DNA of 64,000 nt, from positions 392,544 through 456,543 of the forward strand of contig CAVXFV010000004.1 in NCBI GenBank assembly GCA_963761125.1. Direction: 5' to 3'. A program made the position numbers and the translations under genes. This DNA comes from Candidatus Latescibacterota bacterium (GTDB taxonomy: Bacteria > Krumholzibacteriota > Krumholzibacteriia > WVZY01 > JAKEHA01). The notes under the pieces are model-generated. The model saw nothing but the letters and a program-made list of their open reading frames with translations. It was not told where the DNA came from and made no database searches. Position 1 is the first letter of the stretch, and each line of letters starts with the position of its first letter. Positions 50,375 to 62,818 of this stretch are shown piece by piece.

Positions 50375-51305
50375 GAATCACGCCTTCGCGCACGCCGCCG
50401 CCGCTGACCGTGACTACCCGCTTGCGCAACGCGGTCATGAATGCGATCACCACAGCGATCCCCGCGGGAACGATATCCGCCCGGTCCGGCGGGAGCCCGG
50501 GCATGCGCTTGCGTTCGGCGATCGTTCTCGAAAGACATGCCGATTCCAGCCGCCGCAGGTCGCCAAGGTGCAGGCGGGCGGTCGCGCGGATGCCGGTCTT
50601 TCCCCGCGCGGTCCCGCGCACCATGTCGACCGCCGTAGTCGCGGACCCGCCCGACGCAATCAGATCCGCGGTGCGGGCGATGCGCGCGACCGGTCGCGTG
50701 ACCCGGCACACCGCGGCTTCGACTTCGCGCTGCAAGCGGTGGAATTCGTCGCGGTCGATCGGGTCGCGACGGAGATGTCGCTCGGTGAGTCGCAGCGCGC
50801 CGAGCGGCAGCGAGCGCGCGGTCAGCACGCGACCGCCCTGCGCAACGACGAACTCGGTGGATCCGCCGCCGACGTCGATCAGCACCGTTGTCGCGCGCGG
50901 ACGCGCGAGCCGCGCCCGCGCCGACGCGAACGACATCTCGGCTTCTTCGCGCCCCCGGAGAATGCGCACGTCGATTCCGGCCACGCGAGCGATCCGGCGC
51001 GCGGCCTCTTCGCCGTTGCGGGCGGCGCGGAACGCGTAGGTCCCGACGGCGACGATGCGCGACGCGCCGCGCCGCGTCGCCGCCCGCGCGAGGTCGCGCA
51101 CAGCGGTGGCGGTTCGGGATAGCGCGACGCCGCTCACGGTTCCGTCGCGGGAGAGGCGCTCGCCGATGCGCGTCGTCCGGCGATCGAAATAGACGGGGTC
51201 GATGCGCGTGCCATCCGAGCGCGCGACCAGCAGCTTGGTGGAATTGGTGCCGATGTCGATGACCGCGTAGACGGGTTCGCCGTCCGCGGAGCGCCGCGGT
51301 GTCAT
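50313..51305 (-). CDS. Ppx/GppA-family phosphatase (no C-terminal HD domain)
   Basis: 'AVIDIGTNSTKLLV', 'VAVGTYAFRAARNG', 'LIDVGGGSTEF'. 3' end overlaps the rluA-like gene by 62 nt. Confidence 0.8.
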   Translation of the reverse strand: MTPRRSADGEPVYAVIDIGTNSTKLLVARSDGTRIDPVYFDRRTTRIGERLSRDGTVSGVALSRTATAVRDLARAATRRGASRIVAVGTYAFRAARNGEEAARRIARVAGIDVRILRGREEAEMSFASARARLARPRATTVLIDVGGGSTEFVVAQGGRVLTARSLPLGALRLTERHLRRDPIDRDEFHRLQREVEAAVCRVTRPVARIARTADLIASGGSATTAVDMVRGTARGKTGIRATARLHLGDLRRLESACLSRTIAERKRMPGLPPDRADIVPAGIAVVIAFMTALRKRVVTVSGGGVREGVILRMARAEAPGVAARRRRART

Positions 51306-53446
51306 TTTCCGGCGCGCAGCGCGGAGAAGAGTCCCTGAATGGTGGGATCGTTGGGCGGGGAATGGTCGGCGGCCTTGTTCAACGCCTCCATCGCGCGGGC
51401 CGTGTCGCCCTTACGCTGGTAGAGTTCCACCAGGGCGAGATAGGCGTCGCGTTCGTAGCCGACGAAATTCGCGATGTGGGTGTAGCTGTCGATCGCGGCG
51501 TCGATCTTTCCCTCGGCGCGCTGAATCTCGGCCAGCGCGACGTAAGACGGGGGATACACCCCGTGGTTCGGGTCCACGATCTCGTTGAGCATGCTCTCCG
51601 CTTTGGCGTAGTCGCCGGCCAGGGCGGCGCATCGGGCGAGGCCGGTGATCGCGCGCTGGTCGTTGGGCGCGATCTTCAGCAGTTGCTCGTAGACACGCGT
51701 CGCGTTGGTCGCGTCCTTGCGCTTGAGATAGCAGTCTCCGAGGCAATCCAGGGCCCGGCGCGCGAAATCGTCGTCGCCGCCGACGCGCTCGAGCACCTCG
51801 ATGGCGCGCGAGCACAGGCCCTGCTCCCATTCGAGAACGCCGAGGTTGTAGTTCACTTCGCGCGCGATGTAACGGTACGCCGGCGTGGGGAACTCGTGGT
51901 TGATTTCGTCGGCGCGTTCGTAGTGACGAAGCGCCGTGCCCTTCATTCCCATCTTGAGGTAGGCGTTACCCAGCGTGAAGTTCGAGAACGCGTCGGAGTA
52001 CGCGCGCATCTGTCGCTGGTAGAGGTAGTCCGAGTTCACGAACGCCGCCGCCACCCCGAGGATGATGAGCGCGCGAACGATACCGAACTGTTTCTCCCGG
52101 AACGCCCGGACCAGATACACGACCGCATAGGCCGAAAATAGCGTCAGGACGGGAACGATCGGGAGGCGGAAGCGCGCGTTGACGAAGAACGCGATCACGC
52201 CGATCGAGTAGATGATCACGAACAGATAGAACATCGAGAGTTCCGCCCGTCGTCGCCACAACAGAACGCCGCCCAGAAGCGCGAGCGGGGCGACCAGCCA
52301 GAAGCCCGGCAGGATCACGTACTTCATCTTCGCGAGGTGCCAGAAGAAGTAGATGTACTTGTCGTTGGCTCGTTCTCCCGCGCCCCAGAACATCATGAAT
52401 TTCTTGCCCAGCAGCGACAGCGCATCGTGCGGGTGCGACTGGATGAACTCGAAGCCCCGCTTGAAGTAATAGTGGGAGACCTCGGCGAGTTTCAGCTTGT
52501 GACCCATGTCGCGCTCGGCGATGGAGATGGCGTCGTTGTACCCGCCCCACCAGTCGGCCCGCGTCCCGGGAACGATGGCGGTCGACCCGTCCGATGCAGG
52601 GTTGTTTCCGATGTAGAAGTTGACGCCGCCGGACGCACCGATGGGGACGATCGCGTGCGCGACGACGAAGTTGCGGATCATTACCGGCATGATGGGAATC
52701 GCGCACGCGACGGCGACGACGGCGGTCCGCGCTACCCACCCGCGGCTTCCCGAAGGCCGCCGGCGCGCCGCCAGGTAGATCGCCAGCGGTACGACCGGGA
52801 AGAACACCATGATACTCGGCCGGTCGATCGTCGCCAGCCCGAGGAAGAACCCGCCGGCGGCGAACATCCACAGTTTGTGGCGCTTCATCGCCATCAAGAG
52901 CAAGAGCATGCTGAGCGTGTTGAGAAAGATGAACGTGGTCTCGATCAGGAGGTCGCCCTCCATGTAGACCAGCACCCAGTACAGCGCGGTCGTCAGTCCC
53001 GCAACCAGAGACACGGTGCGCGAGAAGAGTTCCCGCGCGGTCAGGTAGATGAGCCCCGCCGTCAGCGTGCCGATCACGTGGTGAACGAATACCGCGAACG
53101 CAATGCTGGTATGGCTGATCTTGTAGAGGACCGCGAGGAAGTACGGATAGAGCGGTCCGCGGAAGAACGCGTCGGTGCCGCGCGTGCCGCCCTTCATGAT
53201 GTCCTGCGCCCACTCGTGGTGGTAGAGCGAGTCCATCACCGGGAAGTAGAACGTCGGATTGTATTTTCGGTTCAGAAAGAAGAACGCGAGGCGCAACGCG
53301 AACGCGACCGCGAGCACGATGGCCAGGTCGAGGCGGTCGGACGGGTTTCTCCAGCTGAACGGGCGCGCGACGTCGAGACGGTCGCGGCTCCGTGTCTGCG
53401 GCGCGTCCCGGGGGCCTCGCTCGGTCTTCTTGTTGCGTCGTGCCAT
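51302..53446 (-). CDS. GT39/ArnT-like (PMT_2) glycosyltransferase fused to C-terminal TPR repeats
   Basis: About 12 TM N-terminal region ('LAIVLAVAFALRLAFFF', 'DSLYHHEWAQ'). TPRs 'LGNAYLKMGMKGTALRHYERA', 'LGDCYLKRKDATNATRVYEQLL'. ATGA overlap with ppx. Confidence 0.75.
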   Translation of the reverse strand: MARRNKKTERGPRDAPQTRSRDRLDVARPFSWRNPSDRLDLAIVLAVAFALRLAFFFLNRKYNPTFYFPVMDSLYHHEWAQDIMKGGTRGTDAFFRGPLYPYFLAVLYKISHTSIAFAVFVHHVIGTLTAGLIYLTARELFSRTVSLVAGLTTALYWVLVYMEGDLLIETTFIFLNTLSMLLLLMAMKRHKLWMFAAGGFFLGLATIDRPSIMVFFPVVPLAIYLAARRRPSGSRGWVARTAVVAVACAIPIMPVMIRNFVVAHAIVPIGASGGVNFYIGNNPASDGSTAIVPGTRADWWGGYNDAISIAERDMGHKLKLAEVSHYYFKRGFEFIQSHPHDALSLLGKKFMMFWGAGERANDKYIYFFWHLAKMKYVILPGFWLVAPLALLGGVLLWRRRAELSMFYLFVIIYSIGVIAFFVNARFRLPIVPVLTLFSAYAVVYLVRAFREKQFGIVRALIILGVAAAFVNSDYLYQRQMRAYSDAFSNFTLGNAYLKMGMKGTALRHYERADEINHEFPTPAYRYIAREVNYNLGVLEWEQGLCSRAIEVLERVGGDDDFARRALDCLGDCYLKRKDATNATRVYEQLLKIAPNDQRAITGLARCAALAGDYAKAESMLNEIVDPNHGVYPPSYVALAEIQRAEGKIDAAIDSYTHIANFVGYERDAYLALVELYQRKGDTARAMEALNKAADHSPPNDPTIQGLFSALRAGK

Positions 53447-53518
53447 GGCGTGTTCCTGAAACGGTCAGTCTAACATACGGTTACCGCGAGGAACAATCGC
53501 GTCGTCTGCGTCGTCGTG

Positions 53519-53534
53519 TGGAACGCTTCGTGCA
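53519..53534 (+). promoter_or_regulatory. sigma54-like -24/-12 motif upstream of the histidine kinase
   Basis: TGGAACGCTTCGTGCA. GG-N10-GC spacing is exact. About 86 nt upstream of ATG 53620. Confidence 0.3.
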
Positions 53535-53619
53535 GAGATTGGGATGCCAGCCAGCCGGAACGGCCGGGGCGGATTGACCGCGCCCGGGAGTGGGTCGGTG
53601 CTGCCGTGTACTGCACGCA

Positions 53620-55365
53620 ATGAACAACCGTCCGAAGAAATCACAGCCCGCCAGCCGGCAGAATGCGGAACTCCTGGCCATGGTCCGGATCGCAAGCACG
53701 ATCCTGCAGCGGACCGAACTCGACGATATTCTCGGGGCGATCACGCGGGAACTCGCTCAGTTGATCCGGTTCGACCGGTCGAGCATCGCCCTGATCGACG
53801 CCGACCGGCAGTTCCTTGTACTCCAGCACATCTTCAAAGGTTCGGGCGAACCGGAGCCGGTCGGCGAGGGATATCGCATCCCGCTCAGCGAGAGCTCCGT
53901 CATCGGGTGGGTTGCGCTCAATCGGCGCGCCGTCCTCCGGCCGGACGTCGCCACCGACAGCCGCTTCCCGGAGGTCCCCGGCGAGGACACGCTTCACTGC
54001 GACATGAGCGTCCCGCTGGTCGCGCACGGAACGGTCATTGGAACGCTCAATGCCGGGTCCTACACGCCGAATGCGTTCGACGACGCCGACCTGGAGAAAC
54101 TCACCAACTGCGGCAACATCGCCAGCGGAGCGATCGAGCACGCGCTCCTGCTGGCCGAAGCCAAGGATCTCGGCGAGCGCTACCGCACGCTCCAGCGCAA
54201 CGCAAGCGACGTCATCATGCTGATCGACCGCAACAGCGGCCGCCTCCTGGAAGTGAACCGGCAGTGTTGTGAAGTCCTGGGCCAGCCCGAGGCGGTCCTG
54301 CTGCGCCGGGCCTACTTCGATCTCTTTCCCATCGAGGATCAGTTTCAGGCGCGCCGCGATTTCATCAACATCATGAGCCAGAAGTCCAAGATGTTCCCGG
54401 ACCGGCGGCTCCTGGGCCGTGACGGGGGCGTCCTGTTCGTCGACATCAGCGCGAGCCTGATCGAGATCAAGTCCGACACGTTCATCCAGGTGCTCGTGCA
54501 CGACATCACCCAGCGCAAGATGCTCGAGCAGCAGATCATCCTGCAGAACCGGAACCTCCAGGACGCCAACAAGAAACTGCGCGAAGTCGATCGCATGAAA
54601 ACCGAATTCCTGGCCAACATCAGCCACGAGTTGCGCACGCCGCTGTCGGTCATCATCGCCTATACGGAGGCTCTGCGCGACGGAATCGTCGGCGACAGCG
54701 ATCGCAAACACTTCCTGGATGTCATCGCCGACAACGGCGCCAACTTGCTGCGTCTGATCAACGACCTTCTCGACCTGTCGAAGCTCGAAGTCACCGGGAC
54801 GATGCTCAGCTTCACGCTCTCGCACATTCACGACGTCGTACGCGCGCTGTGGCCCAAAATCGATGAGGCCGCGAAGGAGAAGGGGATCGAAATTTCGTTC
54901 AAGCCCGGCTACGAAGTGCCGGTGGTCTACATCGACAACCGGCGAATCACCCAGGTCATCGCGTGTCTCGTCCAGAACGCGATCAAGTTCACCGACGCCG
55001 GCGGCCAGGTGGAGGTGCTCACGGTGCGAACGCCGGAGGGCGTGGAGGTGCGCGTTACCGACACGGGCGCGGGAATATCCGAGGAACAGCTCCCGCGGAT
55101 CTTCGATACGTTCCGGCAGATCGACGGGTCGACGACGCGGCGCTGGGGAGGGCTCGGGATCGGGCTGGCGATCGCGAAGCATATCGTGCAGCTGCACGGC
55201 GGGCGTATCTGGGTCGAGAGCAAGGCGGGGCAGGGAAGCCAGTTTGCGTTTTTGATCCCGGTCGGGACCGAAGCGTTCCTTCGGCCGCGGGACGGCGAGG
55301 TGCAGGCGGTCTCGCCCGCGGTCGCCGCGGGCGTGTGGGACGCCGCCGATCCCGAATCATCTTGA
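53620..55365 (+). CDS. Cytoplasmic sensor histidine kinase (GAF + PAS + HisKA + HATPase_c), no adjacent response regulator
   Basis: GAF 'ILGAITRELAQLIRFDRSSIALI'. PAS 'RYRTLQRNASDVIMLIDRNSGRLLEVN'. H-box 'FLANISHELRTPL'. 'DTGAGISEEQLPRIFDTFRQ', 'GGLGIGLAIAKHIVQLHGGRIWVES'. Confidence 0.9.
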   Translation: MNNRPKKSQPASRQNAELLAMVRIASTILQRTELDDILGAITRELAQLIRFDRSSIALIDADRQFLVLQHIFKGSGEPEPVGEGYRIPLSESSVIGWVALNRRAVLRPDVATDSRFPEVPGEDTLHCDMSVPLVAHGTVIGTLNAGSYTPNAFDDADLEKLTNCGNIASGAIEHALLLAEAKDLGERYRTLQRNASDVIMLIDRNSGRLLEVNRQCCEVLGQPEAVLLRRAYFDLFPIEDQFQARRDFINIMSQKSKMFPDRRLLGRDGGVLFVDISASLIEIKSDTFIQVLVHDITQRKMLEQQIILQNRNLQDANKKLREVDRMKTEFLANISHELRTPLSVIIAYTEALRDGIVGDSDRKHFLDVIADNGANLLRLINDLLDLSKLEVTGTMLSFTLSHIHDVVRALWPKIDEAAKEKGIEISFKPGYEVPVVYIDNRRITQVIACLVQNAIKFTDAGGQVEVLTVRTPEGVEVRVTDTGAGISEEQLPRIFDTFRQIDGSTTRRWGGLGIGLAIAKHIVQLHGGRIWVESKAGQGSQFAFLIPVGTEAFLRPRDGEVQAVSPAVAAGVWDAADPESS

Positions 55366-55391
55366 GGACGGCGGTCATTCGAAAGAAAAAA

Positions 55392-55421
55392 AGAGCCGGC
55401 CCGGTGACCGGCTCTTTTGCT
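55392..55421. terminator. Bidirectional rho-independent terminator between the histidine kinase gene and atpC
   Basis: AGAGCCGG-cccggtga-CCGGCTCT, flanked by an A run (5') and a T-rich tract (3'), so it terminates either strand. Confidence 0.75.
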
Positions 55422-55439
55422 TTCTGGTGGCTTCGACGG

Positions 55440-55724
55440 CTACGCCCGTTGCGCCGGGGTCTCCTCTATCGTCTCGGTTAGAAGTACCGCGCTGTTGTTC
55501 GCGACCTTGAGCAGGCCGCGGCCGATTCGGTAGTGCGCGATGCGGTTGTCCTTGAGACGAACCGTGAGATCCCCCGTCCGCAGCGTCGTGATCAGTGGCG
55601 CGTGATGGGCGAGCACGCCCAGGTACCCCGCGCCTCCCGGGACGACGATCGACAGCACGTCGCCGTCGAACGCGGTCCGGTTGGGCGTCAGCATCTTGAA
55701 TCTGAACGTCGCTTCGGCGGTCAT
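55440..55724 (-). CDS. atpC: F1 ATP synthase epsilon subunit, short form (beta-sandwich only)
   Basis: 'FRFKMLTPNRTAFDGDVLSIVVPGGAGYLGVLAHHAPLITTLRTG'. 94 aa. Last gene of the atp operon. Confidence 0.85.
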   Translation of the reverse strand: MTAEATFRFKMLTPNRTAFDGDVLSIVVPGGAGYLGVLAHHAPLITTLRTGDLTVRLKDNRIAHYRIGRGLLKVANNSAVLLTETIEETPAQRA

Positions 55725-55736
55725 CGCGGCCCGTCC

Positions 55737-58129
<2,393 letters not shown>

Positions 58130-58144
58130 GTGTTCCCGACGATC

Positions 58145-59671
58145 CTACGCCTTGAGGCCCAGCGCCGCCGCGAAGCGGGTCGTGAACTCGCCCGCCGCCT
58201 TGCGCGCTTCGGCTTCGAGCGTTTTGTCGAACGCTTTCTTCTCGCGCAACTGGTGGACGACGTCGGGGTACTGCTTGTCCATGAACTCGAAGAACTCGGC
58301 CTCGAAACGTTTGAGGCTGTCGCTCGGGAGTTCGTCCAGAAGCCCCTCGTTGGCGCAGAAGATCAGCAGTACCTGCTTCTCCGTGGGCAACGGAAGGTCC
58401 TCGTCCTGCTTGAGAATCTCGACCATCTTCTCGCCGCGCTTCAGCTGGGCGAGCGTCGACTTGTCGAGGTCCGACCCGAAGCGCGCGAAGTTCGCAAGCT
58501 CGCGATACTGCGCGAGTGCCAGGCGCAAGCGGCCGGCGACCTGCTTCATCATCTTCGTCTGCGCGTTCGAACCCACGCGGGAGACGGAGATACCGGCGTT
58601 GATGGCCGGGCGAATGCCGGAATAGAACAGATCACTCTCGAGGAAGATCTGGCCGTCGGTGATCGAGATCACGTTGGTCGGAATGTACGCGGTCACGTCG
58701 CCGAGCTGCGTTTCGATAATGGGAAGTGCCGTCAACGACCCGGCGCCGAGCTTGTCGGACAGCTTCGCCGCGCGCTCCAGCAGACGCGAGTGCAGGTAGA
58801 ATACGTCGCCCGGGTACGCTTCGCGGCCCGGTGGACGACGGAGCAGCAGCGACATCTGACGGTACGCCTGCGCGTGCTTCGAAAGGTCGTCGTAGAAACA
58901 CACCGCGTGGCCGCCGCGATCGCGGAAGAACTCGCCCAGCGTCGCGCCCGCGTAGGGTGCGAGGAACTGGAGCGGCGCCGGATCCGACGCCGACGCGCTG
59001 ACGACGGTGGTGTACTCCATCGCGTTGTGCGCCTCCAGCCGGCGGACCAGTTGGGCCACCGTCGATTCCTTCTGTCCGATGGCGACGTAGATGCAGCGGA
59101 CGCCGGACTCTTTCTGATTGATGATGGTATCGATGCAGAGCGCGGTCTTGCCGGTCTGGCGGTCGCCGATGATCAACTCGCGCTGACCGCGGCCGATGGG
59201 GATCATCGAGTCGATGGCCTTGATGCCGGTCTGCAGCGGCTCTTTCACCGGCTGGCGCTGCACCACGTTGGGGACGACCGCTTCGATCGGGCCGAACGTG
59301 TCCGTGGCGATCGGGCCCTTGCCGTCGATGGGCTGGCCGAGGGAGTTCACGACGCGACCGAGCAGCGCTTCGCCGATGGGAATCTGGGCGACCTTGCCGG
59401 TGCGCTTGACCGTGTCGCCTTCCCTGATGGCGGTGTCGGACCCGAACAGCACGGCGCCGACGTTGTCTTCCTCCAGATTGAGCACCATGCCGATGACGTT
59501 GCCCGGGAATTCGAGCAACTCGCCGGCCATCGCGTCCTCGAGGCCCCAGATACGGGCGATCCCGTCGCCGACCTGGAGGATCGTGCCCAGGGATTCCATC
59601 TCGAGCTTCGCGTCGGAAGACTGGAGCTGGGCCTGGATAATGGAACTTACTTCTTCGGGTCGAAAGGCCAT
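58145..59671 (-). CDS. atpA: F1 ATP synthase alpha subunit
   Basis: Walker A 'GDRQTGKTA', '[42 protein letters not shown]'. Confidence 0.95.
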   Translation of the reverse strand: MAFRPEEVSSIIQAQLQSSDAKLEMESLGTILQVGDGIARIWGLEDAMAGELLEFPGNVIGMVLNLEEDNVGAVLFGSDTAIREGDTVKRTGKVAQIPIGEALLGRVVNSLGQPIDGKGPIATDTFGPIEAVVPNVVQRQPVKEPLQTGIKAIDSMIPIGRGQRELIIGDRQTGKTALCIDTIINQKESGVRCIYVAIGQKESTVAQLVRRLEAHNAMEYTTVVSASASDPAPLQFLAPYAGATLGEFFRDRGGHAVCFYDDLSKHAQAYRQMSLLLRRPPGREAYPGDVFYLHSRLLERAAKLSDKLGAGSLTALPIIETQLGDVTAYIPTNVISITDGQIFLESDLFYSGIRPAINAGISVSRVGSNAQTKMMKQVAGRLRLALAQYRELANFARFGSDLDKSTLAQLKRGEKMVEILKQDEDLPLPTEKQVLLIFCANEGLLDELPSDSLKRFEAEFFEFMDKQYPDVVHQLREKKAFDKTLEAEARKAAGEFTTRFAAALGLKA

Positions 59672-59696
59672 TCTCGCTCTCCTCGATAACGTTCGA

Positions 59697-60245
59697 TCAA
59701 TGCACTCTCAACTCGTGCAGCTCACGGCGTAGTTCGCCGAGGCGGTTGCGGATGCTTCCGTCGATGATTCTGTCGCCGGTGAGCAGGATCATTCCGCCGA
59801 TGATATCCGGGTCGACGCGCTTGACGATCTTCGCCGTCTTTCCGGTGCGTCGTTCGACTGCGATCTTCGTCTTGCGCTCCAGTTCCGCGTCGAGCGGCAC
59901 CGCGGTGATGACGCTGACGCGCAGGATGCCGCGGTGGTCCTCGTAGAGCGCTTCGAACGACCGGGCGATCTCGCCGAACTTGTTGATTCGCTTCTTGTCG
60001 ATCAGAAGCAGTACGAACTTCACGAACAGCCCCGACGCCTGATCGGCGATCGCTCGCGTGATCAGATCCTTCTTCTCGCCGGGGGTCACCCGCAGCGATG
60101 TCAGAAAACGCCGGAACGCCGGGTTGCTCTCGACGAGCCCGGCGAAGCTCGCTGCGTCGCCCTGCACCTGATCGAGGACGTCTTCCTCCATCGCGGCGTT
60201 GAACAGAGCAATCGCGTAGCGTTTTCCGATGCCGCTCAGAACCAT
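59697..60245 (-). CDS. atpH: F1 ATP synthase delta (OSCP) subunit
   Basis: '[12 protein letters not shown]', '[21 protein letters not shown]'. Operon position between atpF and atpA. Confidence 0.9.
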   Translation of the reverse strand: MVLSGIGKRYAIALFNAAMEEDVLDQVQGDAASFAGLVESNPAFRRFLTSLRVTPGEKKDLITRAIADQASGLFVKFVLLLIDKKRINKFGEIARSFEALYEDHRGILRVSVITAVPLDAELERKTKIAVERRTGKTAKIVKRVDPDIIGGMILLTGDRIIDGSIRNRLGELRRELHELRVH

Positions 60246-60247
60246 GG

Positions 60248-60743
60248 CTACCGTCCCGCCGATCCGGCTTCGACTTCGTCCAGGAACTGGCTGATCAGCG
60301 TGCGGTGCTGCGTGTCGTCGAGACGCTGACGGATCAGCTTCTCGGTGGCGGTGAGCACGGAGTCGACCATCTGATCGCGAAACGTGGCGTTGGCCTTTTC
60401 CATCTCGATCCCGATGTCCTTCGTCGCCTTGACGCGCATGGCCACCGCCTCGCGCCGGGCGTCGTCACGCAATTGCGCGGCGATGCCGTTGGCTTCGTGG
60501 ACGGCCTCCTGGATGCGAGAACCGGCGTACGGCCTCGATACCCGCCAGCTCCTCTTCGTACTTGCGGCGCAGCACGTCGGCATTCGCCTTCGCCTGTTCG
60601 ATGTTCTCGAACTCCGTCGCGATCGCCTGACGGCGCTTCTCGACGAAGGCGAGCATCTTGTCCCATGCGTACTTGCGCAGGAGCCACAGGACGATCAGGA
60701 ATCCGACGACCTGCGTGAGTAATGCTTTCCACTGAAGTTCCAT
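60248..60743 (-). pseudogene. atpF: Fo ATP synthase subunit b, frame broken by a 1-nt insertion
   Basis: N-terminal TM 'LLTQVVGFLIVLWLLRKYAW' and 'EKRRQAIATEFENIEQAKANADVLRRKYEEELAGIEA'. It then continues in another frame as 'YAGSRIQEAVHEANGIAAQLRDDARREA..'. The junction lies within 60525-60545, plausibly the CC at 60533-60534. Confidence 0.85.
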
Positions 60744-60809
60744 CTCACACTCCTCGGCCGCGCGCTGTTATGCGCCGCGCGGGCCGTCCGACAGGGGAAA
60801 AGTCCCCGG

Positions 60810-61043
60810 TTACTGGATCTTGCCCATCAGCAGAAAGACCGTGACGAACGCGTAGATCGTGAGCGCCTCGATAAGCCCGGCGCCGATGATCATCGCCGTC
60901 TGAATCTTGCCCGACGCTTCCGGCTGACGGCCGATCGCTTCCATCGCCGAGCCGATGGCGCGGCTGAAGCCGATTCCCGAGCCGATGGCCGCGAGACCGA
61001 GGCCGATAGGGAGCGCGAAGCCAAGAGCGGTTGACGCATCCAT
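60810..61043 (-). CDS. atpE: Fo ATP synthase subunit c
   Basis: Two-helix hairpin 'GLGLAAIGSGIG..GRQPE..IIGAGLIEALTIYAFV' with the helix-2 carboxylate. SD AAGGAGGA. Confidence 0.95.
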   Translation of the reverse strand: MDASTALGFALPIGLGLAAIGSGIGFSRAIGSAMEAIGRQPEASGKIQTAMIIGAGLIEALTIYAFVTVFLLMGKIQ

Positions 61044-61068
61044 GTTTCTTTTCCTCCTTGGTACCGGG

Positions 61069-61956
61069 TTATCCGGTGGTTGCGGGCGCCTCGTGGTGCC
61101 CCTCTTCCGCGTGGTCTTCGTGGGGAAGCCACAGCAGAATGTAAATCGTGCTCAACAGCGTGAACACGAGTGCCTGAATGAAACTGGTCAGAAACGCGAG
61201 CAGAATGAACGGAACCTGAAACGGAATACCGATCGGCGAATTCGCGAACGACAGGGCGGTGACCCCGAGGCTGCAGAACGCGAACAAGAGGACGTCCTCG
61301 CCCGACACGTTCCCGAAGAGTCGCAGCGACAGACTCACCGGTCGCGCGATCTCGCCGAGAATGTGAATCGGCAGCATGATGGGGACGAACGCCCATTCGA
61401 CGGCACTCTTCGGCGATCCGGCGAGGTGCTTGAGATACCCGAGCGGCCCGTTGCGCGTGAGTCCGATCCAGTGAACGTAAAAGAACACGCACAGCGCCAG
61501 CGCCACGGTGGTGTTGGGGCTCGCCGTCGGCGACTTGCCGAGCGGCAGGGCACCGCAGATGTTCATCGCCAGGATATAAATGAACAGGGTTCCCAGAAAG
61601 GGAACGAACTCGCGTCCGCCGGGTCCGAGGACGCCGATGATGAAATTCGACAGGCCCTCGACCACCATCTCGACGACGTTCTGGAGTCGCCCGGGCACCA
61701 TCTGCGGATTGCGCGACGCCAGCCGGGCCACGAGAATCAACATCCCCGCGATCGCGAACGAGAAGATCATGCCCTCCCAATGATGGAGGAACGACTTCAC
61801 CGGTGAGTCGGGCAGGAATTGAATGATGGCGGAGATCCAGTTGAGGAGCTCGTGCGACGCTTCCTCGTGGACCATGTCGCCGGCGCCTTCGGCGACGAGG
61901 CGGACGGCGCCGTGGCCGATCAGCGAGTCGATCCCATGGAGTGCGAGAATGTTCAA
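61069..61956 (-). CDS. atpB: Fo ATP synthase subunit a
   Basis: 'PVSLSLRLFGNVSGED' (conserved Arg), 'LLAFLTSFIQALVFTLLS'. TTG 61956 or ATG 61875 as start. Confidence 0.9.
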   Translation of the reverse strand: MNILALHGIDSLIGHGAVRLVAEGAGDMVHEEASHELLNWISAIIQFLPDSPVKSFLHHWEGMIFSFAIAGMLILVARLASRNPQMVPGRLQNVVEMVVEGLSNFIIGVLGPGGREFVPFLGTLFIYILAMNICGALPLGKSPTASPNTTVALALCVFFYVHWIGLTRNGPLGYLKHLAGSPKSAVEWAFVPIMLPIHILGEIARPVSLSLRLFGNVSGEDVLLFAFCSLGVTALSFANSPIGIPFQVPFILLAFLTSFIQALVFTLLSTIYILLWLPHEDHAEEGHHEAPATTG

Positions 61957-62393
61957 CGTCCCTCTCCCGCGTGCGCGGCGGATTCATCCAGCCCGAGGTA
62001 CAGACGCCCCGCCGCCTTCATGACGGCCACGAACAACGGCCACGTAAAGCCCGCGACCAGCCATCCCGCGGGCAGGTGAAGCAGCGCGAGACACACGAGC
62101 CCTACTCCGTAGAGCAGCGGGAACTTGATTCCCAGCGCGACGGCGATGGCGGTCTTGTCGCGCGGCCCGTCGGCCAGTACGCGCCGGACGATCGCGGCGA
62201 TCATTCCCAGGTTTACCAGCGACCAGGCGATGCCGACGATCCATCCCGCCGCGGCCATCAGCCCGCAATACGTGGCGAACGGCGCCGCGAGGACGAGGCC
62301 CAGGATGATCGACGTCTTACGCACGCGATGCAGCAGGTCCGGGTCCACCGCGGACCATGCCGCGTTCGTGGCGTTATGGCGCACTTCGATCAC
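61953..62393 (-). CDS. atpI: ATP synthase protein I (AtpI-like small membrane protein)
   Basis: Four hydrophobic helices, position immediately upstream of atpB, overlapping neighbours on both sides. Confidence 0.7.
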   Translation of the reverse strand: MIEVRHNATNAAWSAVDPDLLHRVRKTSIILGLVLAAPFATYCGLMAAAGWIVGIAWSLVNLGMIAAIVRRVLADGPRDKTAIAVALGIKFPLLYGVGLVCLALLHLPAGWLVAGFTWPLFVAVMKAAGRLYLGLDESAAHAGEGR

Positions 62394-62658
62394 GCTTGTC
62401 TCCGTCGTTCAGGGCGTTCGCCTTCCGAATGACGAGGGTGACCTCGCGCACACCGGCAGCGAATCCCAGCAGCAAGAAGACGATGGTAAAAACGGGGTTA
62501 AGGTTGAGTTTCTTGTCGAGATATCGACCGATCAGAAGACCGGCTATCGGAGGCACCGCCATCAAGAACGGGATTGTCGACAACAACCCCGCCTGCCGCG
62601 CCCACGAATATCGGTCCTTGTCGGACTTCACGACCCGGACCCGGAGGGTTTCCACCAC
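62374..62658 (-). CDS. atpZ: AtpZ/ATPase_gene1-like small membrane protein
   Basis: 'LLSTIPFLMAVPPIAGLLIGRYLDKKL..PVFTIVFLLLGFAAGV': two TMs. First gene of the atp operon. GTG start. Confidence 0.65.
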   Translation of the reverse strand: MVETLRVRVVKSDKDRYSWARQAGLLSTIPFLMAVPPIAGLLIGRYLDKKLNLNPVFTIVFLLLGFAAGVREVTLVIRKANALNDGDKRDRSAP

Positions 62659-62736
62659 ATGTCAGCGCAGCCTGTGGGCCCATTCCTCAAGACGCCAGAC
62701 TCTACCGTGCGGGGATTCCCGTCAGCAACCGCTAAT

Positions 62737-62765
62737 AGGCTATGTGAAACGTTTATCAAAGTCAA
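62737..62765 (-). promoter_or_regulatory. sigma70-like promoter candidate for the atp operon (TTGACT-N17-TAGCCT)
   Basis: Minus strand reads TTGACT (62765-62760), a 17-nt spacer, then TAGCCT (62742-62737), inside the only AT-rich patch of the intergenic region. Confidence 0.35.
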
Positions 62766-62818
62766 TGCAAATCCCCCCGTGCCATGTGTTTGTCGGCATG
62801 CCGTTTCCGGTCAAGGAG

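Noticed and set aside
55440-55724. The short epsilon subunit as a truncation caused by a sequencing error.
   Set aside because: No alternative frame encodes a helical C-terminal domain, and a strong terminator follows immediately. The gene is genuinely short.
62765-62784. TGGCACGGGGGGATTTGCAT on the minus strand upstream of atpZ, which looks like a textbook sigma54 promoter.
   Set aside because: The GG and GC dinucleotides are 13 nt apart instead of 10, and sigma54 tolerates essentially no spacing change. A sigma70-like TTGACT-N17-TAGCCT nearby is the more plausible atp promoter.
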